Shown here piece by piece: positions 41,678-51,800 of a DNA stretch of 64,000 nucleotides. The notes under the pieces are model-generated. The model worked only from the letters and a program-made list of their open reading frames with translations, did no database searches and was not told where the DNA came from. The translations under genes and the position numbers were made by a program. This DNA comes from Callorhinchus milii (Eukaryota). The stretch spans positions 90,336,001-90,400,000 of the forward strand of contig NW_024704742.1 of assembly GCF_018977255.1 (NCBI RefSeq), in the 5' to 3' direction. Position 1 is the stretch's first letter, and every line of letters starts with the position of its first letter.

Positions 41678-42613
41678 AGTGTGCTCATGGATTGTGTGTG
41701 TTATGTGCTCAACAACATGTGATTCGTGAATCCATCACCAAATGGATTTTCACAAACAATAAGTAATTTCTGTTACTGTAACTTTACAGCACAATAATAT
41801 AAACAAAAAAACCTCAATCAATGGGCTGAGCTGGAGAGGTTGAAAGAATGGCCTTTTTTCCTTCTTGCATTCCAAATAATAATTAATAATCATCTATGCA
41901 TTTGGTATAGTAGCTCATGAAGTTGTCAAAATGTCTCAAAGCTCCACACAGGATTTACTGTAGTGTATAGTGACTGTGTATATGTGAATGAATTTCATAG
42001 GATTTTCATAGTTCATATATTTTTTCCACTGGTTAACTACATAATAATGACATAATCACAGGCATCTGCAATTCCTCAATTTCAATTACAATTTCAACAT
42101 ACCAAATAATAGACTACTGCTGTCTAGATCAGTACAAAGGATATTGTTACAACTGCTTAAACTCTCATTCCTTCTCCGTGAAAACATTGCGATAGGCAGT
42201 CTAGTCAGTTTTTCTAACAAAACCAAAGAAGCGAAAAGGTTCAGTTGGAATTCAGAGTTAAGTTTCTCTTCAAGGTATGATCCTTTACTTGCTATTAAAG
42301 TAATCATCGGCAACCATAACTAGGATAATGGCAAGGTTTTATATTTCAAACTAGGTTCTTCTATATCCAACACATACATACACATGAAGCACTTTGAGAC
42401 GTTTTGACGAGGCAGTATATCAATGTTGACAAAATGGGTTCAAAATGGATTATAATTCATTCAGATTCCCGTGTCTGATATCAATAACAAGCAATGGGAA
42501 AGATGAATAGTCCGAATATTTATATTTCAACTTTGTATGCATCTACTCTCCTAAACTACTGTATACTGTACTACTGTATAGCCTCCTTCCTGCCACAACT
42601 GTTGTCAGGTGAA

Positions 42614-43732
42614 CAACAACAACAACAACAAGATTCCATTTATAGAGCGCCTTTCACGTCAGGAGGACGTCCCAAGGCGCTGCACAGTTGGGTCATGACC
42701 CGAGCAGGGGGGAAATGGTCAGGGTGATGGAAAGGGAGGGAGAGAGGAGGGGGGAAATGGTCAGGGTGAGGGGAGGGAAGGGAGGGAGCGAGGAGGAGGA
42801 AGAGAGTCGAGAGGGGAGCTGAAGGCTCGGTCAAAGAGAAAGGTTTTGAGACCGGCCTTGAAGGAGGAAAGGGAGGAAGCGGCGAAGGCACTGGGGATGG
42901 AGTTCCAGAGCCTGGGGCTGAGAGGCTGAAGGCCCGACCACCGATAGTAGGGCGGTTGGGGCGGGGGACGTGGAGCAGACCGGAGCCAGAGGAACGGAGG
43001 GTACGGGCAGGTAGGTAGGGGGATAGTAGGTTGGAGAGGTAGGAGGGAGCAAGGCCGTGAATGGCCTTGTAGGTGAGGATGAGGATCTTGAAATCAATCC
43101 TCTGGGGGATGGGGAGCCAGTGGAGGCGAGCGAGGGTGGGAGTGATGTGGTCCCGAAGCCTGGTGCGGGACAGTACACGAGCTGCAGAGTTCTGAATGAC
43201 CTGCAGCTTGTGGAGGGAGGTGGCGGGAAGGCCGGCGAGGAGAGAGTTCCCATAGTCCAGCCTTGAGGTGACAAAGGCGTGAACCAGGGTTTCAGCAGCG
43301 TGAGGGGTGAGGTAGTGCCGTAGTCTGGCGATATTCCGGAGGTGATGGAAGGCGGTGCCAGTTGTGGTGCGGATGTGAGGGAGAAAGGACAGCTCAGGGT
43401 CGAACAAAACGCCGAGGTTCCTGACTGGCTTTGAGAGGTGGAGAGTGCAGCCTTGGATGCTGATGGTGTCAGCGCCTGAGGTGCGGAGGCGCTGACGTGA
43501 GCCAATCAGGAGGGCCTCGGTTTTTCGCACGTTGAGCTGAAGAAAGTTGTCTCTCGTCCAGGACTCGATGTCGGACAGGCAGGCTGTCAGGACATCGGTG
43601 GTCGTGGAGTTGAGAGTAGAGGAGGAAAGGTAGAGTTGGGTGTCATCCGCATACATGTGGAAGTTAACCCCATGTTTGCGGATGATGTCACCGAGGGGGA
43701 GCATATAGAGGGTGAAGAGGAGGGGACCGAGG
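42614..43732 (-). mobile_element. Young 5'-truncated L2 LINE (family A) with 8-bp target-site duplication
   Basis: RT C-terminal half in ORF 42640..43704 ([20 protein letters not shown]), a (GTT)n tail, and caggtgaa at both 42606-42613 and 43733-43740. Confidence 0.95.
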
Positions 43733-43763
43733 CAGGTGAAGCCAAAGACTTGTCAAGCAGCTT

Positions 43764-44098
43764 GTAGTAGTAGTAGTAGTAATAATAATAACAATAATAA
43801 TAATAATTCTTGCATTTGATATAGTTCTTTTCACGTCTTCTAGACGTCTCAAAGCGCTTCACAGAACATACTGTAAAGTGAATTGACTGTATATATTTGT
43901 GGGCGAAACACGGTAGCCAATTGCGCACAGCAGTGTCCCACAAAGAGCCGTGGTTTGAAGTGACCAATTTTATTTTTTTTCTTGAGGGATTATTATCAGG
44001 CCTGTGGAGTAAGGAAACTTGCCCAAGGTTTCACGCTACCGGGAATCGAACCCAGGTCTCTCACTTGCAAGGCGAGTGCTCTAACCACTGAGCTATCC
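43764..44098 (-). mobile_element. tRNA-derived SINE, short variant, with L2-like tail and (TAT/TAC)n
   Basis: Head tagctcagtggttagagcactcgccttgcaagtgagagacctgggttcgattccc carries Pol III A and B boxes; tail gtgaagcgctttgagacgtctagaagacgtgaaaag. Confidence 0.9.
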
Positions 44099-44687
44099 AC
44101 ATAATCTTCACCTTTCTCCAGAGAGCACAGAGACCATTAATCTGCAACACTATAGATGTGAACAGACCTTCAACATCAATGAGTAGATGTTTTTTTTACC
44201 TCAACTGTCAGCCTGAGAAAAAGAGAAAGGAGCCCAGATCGGTGACATTACTCTGGAGCCTTCTAGATGTGTTATGTATGAATTAACACAAATTCAAACC
44301 ACAATATCATGACATAGGACACCATGCGATCTGACTGACTGACTGAAGATACTTAAAAAATCAAAAACTCCCCTCCTTCACCCCTCCCCCACCCTAAAAA
44401 TAAGTACACAAAGCTACAATAAGACATGCCTTCACTTATCTTACTGGTCCTTTCTCCACTTCCCAAGCCACACACTGTTATCTGAATGAGAGGAACAGGC
44501 GGTTTGCTCCCACACCTCTATCTAAGGCACATTTAATCCTGATCCTAAATCCCATTCCTGTACAAGGCATTCACACAATCACAACATTGGTCTTGATGAA
44601 GAACAAACTTTGGCCCATCCAATCCCATCACTCCAGAACACTCTACCCTACACACCCTATCCCCATACTGCATCAAGCTGCTTTTTA

Positions 44688-45345
44688 AATGAGAGGGGGG
44701 GAAAGAGGGTGGGGGGGAGAGAGGGAGGGAGAGAGAGAGGTGGAGGAGAGAGGGGGAGGGAGAGAGAGGAGGGAGAGAGGGGGGGAGAGTGAGGGGGAGA
44801 GAAAGGGTAGAGAAGGGGGAGAGAGGGGTCAAGGCGAGAGAGAAAGAGAGAGAGGGTGGGGCAAAGAAGGGGGAGAGAGGAGGGGCGAAAGAGAGAGGGA
44901 AGGGGGAGAGAGAAGGGGGAGAGCGCGGAGGAGGAAAGAGAGTGATTGAGAGTGGGAAGGTGGAGTGAGAAGGAAGAGAGAGAGAGAGTGTGTGAGAAGG
45001 GGAGTGAGAGAGATTAATTGAGAGAGAGAATTGAGAGAGAGGGCGAATGAGAAGCAGAGGGAGAGTGCCTGAGAGAAGGGGGATAGAGAATGTCTTTCCG
45101 CCTCCCCCTATCTGTCCCTCTCTTCCCTCTTTCTCTCCCCTCCTCTCCCCCCCCCTCTCTCTCTCCCCCACCCCTCTCGCCCCTCTGTATGCCCCCACCC
45201 TCTCCTCCCTCTCTCCCCCCTCTCTCCCCCTCTCTCCACCCCTCCTCTCTCTCACCCCTCTGTCTGCTCCCACACTCTCCCCCTGCTCCCCAACCCCTCT
45301 CTCTTCCAACTGTCTAAATCCCTTTCTGTCCCAACCTCTCTCCCA
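44688..45345. repeat. Abutting polypurine (GA-rich) and polypyrimidine (CT-rich) low-complexity tracts
   Basis: About 400 nt almost only G/A, then about 250 nt almost only C/T, switching near 45090. Confidence 0.9.
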
Positions 45346-45652
45346 AGTGCGGGTCACTATCTGCAGCAGCAGGAGCTGGTGGTTGGGTGCTAAGGACACG
45401 GTTGGTAAGAGTCGCGCTTGCATTCTTGACAGACTGCAGTAAAGGCTCTAAGCGCACTGCGTCCTCCCAACTGCTGGCTCCTGCTGCTGCCCTGGGGGGA
45501 ACGTTCACCAGAGAGGGACGGACCAGGTTGGAATGTTGGAAATGGTCTCGGGCCAGATGCGGCCCGCGGGCCACCAGTTGGCTCATGCTGGATGCGGACC
45601 TTTCTCAAATAGGGAATGTAGCCCATGACAGCCAAACGGTTGGACCACCCTG
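45345..45652. mobile_element. hAT-like non-autonomous transposon end
   Basis: gggccagatgcggcccgcgggccaccagttgg and ggttggaccaccctg resemble hAT subterminal and TIR motifs (CAGGG.GTCCAAC). No partner end was found. Confidence 0.6.
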
Positions 45653-45939
45653 TCCTAAAGCATTGATCTGGATTTATTTTTTCAATCCCATTTAAAATTT
45701 TTTAAAAAAGCTGAATTCATCCCAGCTGTATTTACTGATAGACCTGAAATGTCACTGTTAATTTTGGTGCTTAGCATTAAACACTTTCACAATGCATCAG
45801 AAGAGATTTCTATTTTGCCCTTTAGAAATGTAATGTAAAGTTATATTAAAATTCCACCTTATATGTAACCTCAAATTTTATGTTGATTTGTTAACTCGTG
45901 TCGAAATTTCCATTAAAAAAAATCCACATAAATCATTGA

Positions 45940-46405
45940 GAAGGTAGTCCGCAGGTGCAGAAAGCAAAGAGTACAGCTAATGGGTTGCTGCGAATTATCG
46001 CAAGGTCTGAATATAAAACCAAGGAACTAATAAGCACTTATGCAGAGCTGGGCAGCCTACTCCCAGGCGTCCTATGCTCAGTCTTGGGAGCCCCATCTTA
46101 AGCAAGAATATACTGGCCTTGAAGGATGTCTAACAATGATTCACCTCAGATCAAGGGTTTTTACCTGCAGTGAGAGGCTGGTTTCTTTTCCTCAAGCCTG
46201 AGGAGATTGAAGGGTGGGATGATCTGACTGAGGTCTTTAAAAGCAGCAAAATGAAACTGACAAAGTGGATTGGCAATAGCTTTTCCCTGCAGTAAGGAAT
46301 TCAGAATAAGGGTTCATAATCTTAAATTTAGAGCTAAAATGATTAAAAGTTAAAGCAGCAAACATTCCTTCAGGCAAAAGGTTGTGTTAGTATGGAATTT
46401 TACCA
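45940..46405 (+). mobile_element. Old CR1 fragment
   Basis: Degenerate CR1 C-terminal DNA motifs (aggagattgaaggg, gaggtctttaaaa, agggttcataatcttaaa). Confidence 0.6.
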
Positions 46406-46984
46406 AGGATGAGGTATGTCTGATAGAGGAAGGAATGACAAGGTCAAGGAAAAAAGGTTCCACCACGCATGCCAAAACGCAGAATGAATTGAGGCGTATG
46501 ACAAAGATCTAGATAGATATGTGATATTTACATGCAGTGTAGCCATCTCTATTTTTCAACATTTGAAAATGAGAATAGCCACTTTTTTAAAAAAGGGATT
46601 TTACTTTTTGTAAAACTATTTATAAAATTAATTTGTATGTTTTGTGAAGGTGAGCCATTGGTGCAACATCAAAACTTACATTAAATTACATTTTTGAAGC
46701 AGTTAGTTTTGTGCTGTGAGCAGTACATTAGTAGTTCATACTTGTATTAACTCAGGGATTACGATGGTTTGAGAGATTTTGCATTTATTAATAGGCTGTT
46801 GATGTATTAATTAATACATTGTTGAAAACTAACTTTTTTCTGAATTTCCCTTTAATTCTTTTTGTGATCTAAAATTTATGTCCTCTTGTTACTTACTCAT
46901 TAAGTAATAGAAACAATCTATTACTATTTACGCCTATCATAATCTTGAAGGCTTTAACTTTTTCAGCATCTGTGAAAAAAAGGT

Positions 46985-47410
46985 GTCAGTCTGATTCAGT
47001 TGGTAGCACTTTCACCTTTGAGTCAGAAAGTTGTGGGTTTCAAGTCCCACGTCGGGACTATGAACAAACAGTAAAGGCTGACACTCCATTACAGGACCTC
47101 CATTATTGGAGGTGCTGTTCTTCAGATGAGATGTTAACCCGTAGAGGTAGATGTTAAAGAAACATTGTTATTCAAAGAGAAGTGAGTTTCTCCCAGAATT
47201 CTGGTCAACATTCTCCCAGATTAAGCTGGTCATTAATTTAATAGCTGCTTGTAAGAATTGTCTGCCACAACGCCTGCAGAATACACAGTCGCTCCACTTT
47301 ATAGTAGATCCCGTGAATTGAGGCGTATGACATGGATCTAGATAAATATGTGATATTTGAGACGTCTCAACAATGTGATAAATTGCTATATCAAATGCAA
47401 GAATTATTTT
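46985..47410 (+). mobile_element. Deu-domain-type SINE
   Basis: tRNA-like head, ggaggtgctgttcttcagatgagatgttaa, L2-like tail. Further diverged copies lie near 7915-8260(-), 11960-12225(-), 53310-53598(+) and 59920-60190(-). Confidence 0.72.
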
Positions 47411-48130
47411 TTACATTTTTTTTTAAAAGGCTCACCTTCTAAAGTCTCCCTTCAAACTGTTTATTCCTGGATTAACATCCTAGTAAGTCTAAACTGCACC
47501 CTTTCTATTGCTTATATATCTGCCCGATAGAGGAGTGAGGACCACCGTTCAGTGGGTAGGGACTGGATGCAGGAGGAAGGTGTCAGTGCTCTCACCATTT
47601 CGTGCTGGGTTGTGCTGCTTATTATGCGGCTTGTGAGTAGTTCCTGGTACCTGCAAACCACCGACTGAGGACTCAGACCTGCACTTGACACATGTTTAAC
47701 GACTAACTAGTGATTATTGTCCATAGCAGTAGGTAAACAAGTCTCTTTGGGGATCTATTTGGGGGTGAGCTGGCATCACTGAGACAAGCGTGGCAATGGA
47801 AGAATGGAATTGAATCACTCTTCTGGAGCACCCTCTGTAGCCCAATACCCTAGTCAGGCAGTCCGCAGAATTTCATGGATTATTCAGACCCTAATGCGTA
47901 AGAATAATCCGAGAGATCACAATGCGCTTCACATTATTTAATTTGGCATGACTATGTGTATTTTGTGGGCGAAAGATAAGGTAGTCCTAGCTGGACAAGC
48001 AGCAATAAGCTTGTTAGTGTTTGTAGAGGTAAGTTGTGTGATCTTAGCTTGCTAAACTCCAGCGTGTTCAGGACCAACTAGTTACAGATGAGTGGAATCA
48101 ATTGGCCAGAAAGATGAGAGCATCACTTAC

Positions 48131-48199
48131 TTTCTCCATTTCTTTGAAGTCCTCATCGAGTTTGGTCCCTTCCGCACCACCAACCTTTTCACTCACACG
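48131..48199 (-). CDS. SH3GL2: Endophilin-A1-like coding exon 2 ([23 protein letters not shown])
   Basis: 69 nt, cag| acceptor and |gtaagt donor. The peptide matches the endophilin A N-BAR start as I recall it. Confidence 0.93.
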
Positions 48200-48275
48200 C
48201 TGTGGAAGAGAAAGAGATAGAGGTGAGGCCCAAGGAATAGGACAGTGAAAAGAATTCATGTAGCTGGTCATATCA

Positions 48276-48921
48276 TGTGAAACCATGAAATCACTGAAAT
48301 TAGGAGTCAGGGATTTTGTGAAAAAGTGATCCCAGCAGTAGACAAGGGTAGAGGGGGTCCCAGGAACATTGGTGTTATCATTAATATAGATTTAGACACT
48401 GACCAGTACAAGATAGCATTGAAGGCTAACATCCTGAGGGGTCACTATTCCAGAAACCTATTTGACCTCTGCCCATAACGATTGTTATTAGAGACCTGCG
48501 TCAACCAGGAGAAGTCAGTGTCACTCCGTGAAGCTGTCATTGCACAACCTGTTTGTGGTGGACAAGGCTTTACGAAGTGTAACTGCGGTCAGAAGAAATG
48601 TCAGACCAACTGTTGTAAATGCTTCAAAGCAAAGCTAAAATGTAACTCCTGGAGTCATGGAAGCCTCAAATGAACATTTGACTCATCAGTGAATGAAATG
48701 ACACATGAAGTTTATGATAAATAAAATATTAATTTTCATAATTTGTTATTTATATGTCGTTAATGCTACCAGGTGTCAATGCAAGGTTATCAATATGATG
48801 AAATTATCACTTTTTCACAAAATATCTGACTCCCAATTTCAGTAATTTCATGGTTTCACAATTTTTCCTGAAAATTTCATGGATTTCACAAAATCCCTGG
48901 TTTCACAACTTTACTGTTACA
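48276..48921 (+). mobile_element. Internally deleted Ginger2-like (KRBA2/SCAND3-type integrase) DNA transposon
   Basis: 55-bp inverted repeats at 48276-48330 and 48806-48860, right end tgttaca. Frame 48329-48673 reads [49 protein letters not shown] with one stop. Confidence 0.8.
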
Positions 48922-49282
48922 TATATATATAGATATATAAAATTATATCAAACATCACAAAGATACGCTGTGGGAAGGGGCAGCACTCTGGGCTGGAATA
49001 CAAACCATAAAGTGTAGGGATACAGATTTGTTAGCTTCTTTCTACTCATGGAGGAGCAAAAGGATGAACCGGAGGCACTATTACTGCTTGGCTGCCACAC
49101 TCAAAAACTGGTGTTGGCATTGATTCAGGACATAGAGCTACTCTGCTACTTGCTCTCTTTATCCCTGGTAAAGTATATGGTCAGCAAAGAACAGAGGTCT
49201 GGGAGGAGGAAATCAATCAAAAACTGCTGTGGACACTCACAGATTAGAGAAAAAAGCATCCTGTTGCAAAGGATGTCTTTTC

Positions 49283-49490
49283 TACAACAATAACAAAATT
49301 ACATTTGGAAAGCACCTTTCACGTCGGGAGGATGTCCCAAGGTGCTGGACGTCAGAGGTCAGGACCCGAGCATGGGGGAGGGGTGAGAGGTGGAAGGGCG
49401 ACAAGGCATGATCGAAGAGGAGGGTCTTGAGACTGACTTTGAAGGAGGCAAGGGAGGAAGCAAGGCGAAGGAACTGTGGGATGGAGTTTC
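49283..49490 (-). mobile_element. L2 3' end fragment
   Basis: Same 3' hairpin and UTR pattern as the other L2 copies. Confidence 0.8.
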
Positions 49491-50454
49491 TACTTCGAAT
49501 CATGCAGCCAATGCCCAGGAGGCAAGATCCTGTTAGTTTCAGTCAGTCACTCCCAGTCAGTAATTCAAAATAAAAATAGACTCAGAGTGTCTCAAGTGTC
49601 TCCAGAGATTTCAATTTGTACAATCCAGAATCAAGTTACAAAGCTAACAAAAAATTATATTCTGGGAATCTGTGAAGAGCAGGAATTGTCTCTATCAGCT
49701 CTGGATGTAAATGCATTTAACTACATCTGAAATTAAAGGCAATACGGATTTATTTACAAATGCAATAAGTGTGGATGAAGTACAGTGAATGTTGCACACA
49801 ACATGATTCAGATCGTGGGGTTTAAAGTTGCCTCGAGAGAGACATGCTGCAGTTACTGTATTCTAGTTTGTGGTGACTTCAAAATAAATACAAGAAGATA
49901 ACAATTCAGAGAAGGTCAATGGACCACCTGTCATCAATCTTATCAAATTAGAATCCATCCAGCATCTCAACCAGAACATTTACAGACACTCTACACCACA
50001 CTCCAGTAGACCTATATCTGCTATTATGTTAAATCTCTGCAGATAGCAAACCTGACTGGTAACCGTTTGCAATAGCCATCAAAATGACTCCAAAGCCCAA
50101 AAGGTTACTGCAATAGAAACAGGATGCCACTAAAATGACAATGTTTGTTTTCAGACCATATTATATTAGTAATCACAAAGACACTCTCCATGGACTCTGA
50201 GGTTGATGTGTTGGCAAAGTAACCTGCGCAGTTTTGTTGAGATAGTGGTGAATTCTAAACCTTGCCAGCGTGAGGTAGATAATGTGCTAAAACTGTCAGC
50301 CTGAGGTGGATAATGTGCCAAAATATACAGTCAATTCACTTTGCAGAATATTCTGTGAAGCCTTTTGAGATGTGTCGAAGACGTGATAAGACGCTATATC
50401 AAATGCAAGGATTATTATGATTATGCTTTGTTTTGGTTATTCAAAAAAAATCAA

Positions 50455-51800
50455 CAAAAACAACAACAAATTTACATTTGTATAGCGCTTTTCACGTTGG
50501 GAGAACATCCCAAGGTGCTGGAGGGTCAGTGTTTCGGACCCGAGCTGGGGGTCGGGATTGGGGAGAGTGGAGGGCAGGTGGGGAAGCAGGGTGATCAAAA
50601 GCATGGTTGGAGGGCCTTCAGATGGGTCTTGAAGAAAGCAAGGGAGGGGACGAGGTGGAGGGACTGCGGAATGGAGTTCCAGAGGGTGTGAGTAGAGTGA
50701 CAGAAGGCCTGCCCGCCAATGGTGGGGCGGGCGAGGTGGGGAACGTGAAGCAGGCCCACTGAGTAGAAGGAGCGGACAGGATGGTTGGGGATTTAGGAAG
50801 TTGCAGAGGTAGGGGGAAGCCAGGCCAGAGGTATGATAGGGAGCCAATGGAGCCTGGTTAGAACTAGTGTGATGGGACTCTGGAGTTTAGTGCGGATGAG
50901 TATGCGAGTGGCGTAGTTTTGGATCAGCTGGATCCTGTGTACAATGGAGCTGGGGAGACCAGCAAAGAGAACATTTGAAAAGTTGAGTCGGGAGCTGACG
51001 AACGCTTGGATGAGGGTTTCGGCTTCGCCTGGGGTAAGGTACGTTCGGAGGCGGGCAATGTGGCGGAGGTGGAGAAAGGCGGTCCTGGTCAGTGACTGGA
51101 TGGTGGGAAGGAAGCACAGCTGTGGATCGAACCTGACGCCTAGGGTTACGCACCATCTGAGGGATAGCCCGGGGAGGTTGAAGAGGTCAGAGCTGACATT
51201 GACAGGAGCCAATGAGTATGGCTTCTGTCTTATCAACATTTAGTTGTCGGAAGTTTTCACTCATCAGACCCTGATGTCCGCCAGACAAGGCAAGAGAACA
51301 TTGGCAGACTTGGAGTTGCAGCTGGAGGAGGAGAAGTAGATTTGTGTGTTATCTGCATATATGTGGAAGTTTACCCGTGTCTGCGGATGACACCACCAAG
51401 AGGAAGCATGTATATGAGGAAGAGGGGGGCGCCCTGGGTGACCAGGCAGGGGCAGGAGGAGAAACCGTTTGGAGAGATAAAGTGAAGATGATTTGTTAGG
51501 TAGGACTCAAACCAGGATTGTACTGAGGTGTATGAGGGAGAAGAGGCGGTGGATCAGGATGGCATGGTCAAATGTGGCAGAGAGGTCCAGAAGGTCGAGA
51601 GCCCTGGTCAGAGAGAGAGAGGACGTCATTTGTGAGCTTGACAAGCACCACCTCTGTGCTATGGGCAGGGTAGAAACCAGACTGGAGGGCATTGAGGAGG
51701 GAGAGGTAAGAGGAAAGCTGGTTAGCGACAATGTGTTCCAGAGCTTTGGCAAGGAAGGGCAGGTGGAAATGAGATGGTAATGTGTGAGGTTGGAGTGGTG
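50455..51800 (-). mobile_element. Degraded L2 LINE RT and 3' end
   Basis: ORFs 50793..51239 (AETLIQAFVSSRL, LHWLP) and 51507..51857 (LDLSATFDH); L2 tail at 50455. Confidence 0.88.

Noticed and set aside
44035..44098. Functional tRNA gene
   Set aside because: It runs directly into a SINE body, and similar heads occur at 6465 and 37120; no proper acceptor stem is evident.
44545..45442. Long ORFs (292 aa and 131 aa) rich in E/R/G or P/S/L
   Set aside because: Artefacts of stop-poor GA/CT low-complexity sequence.
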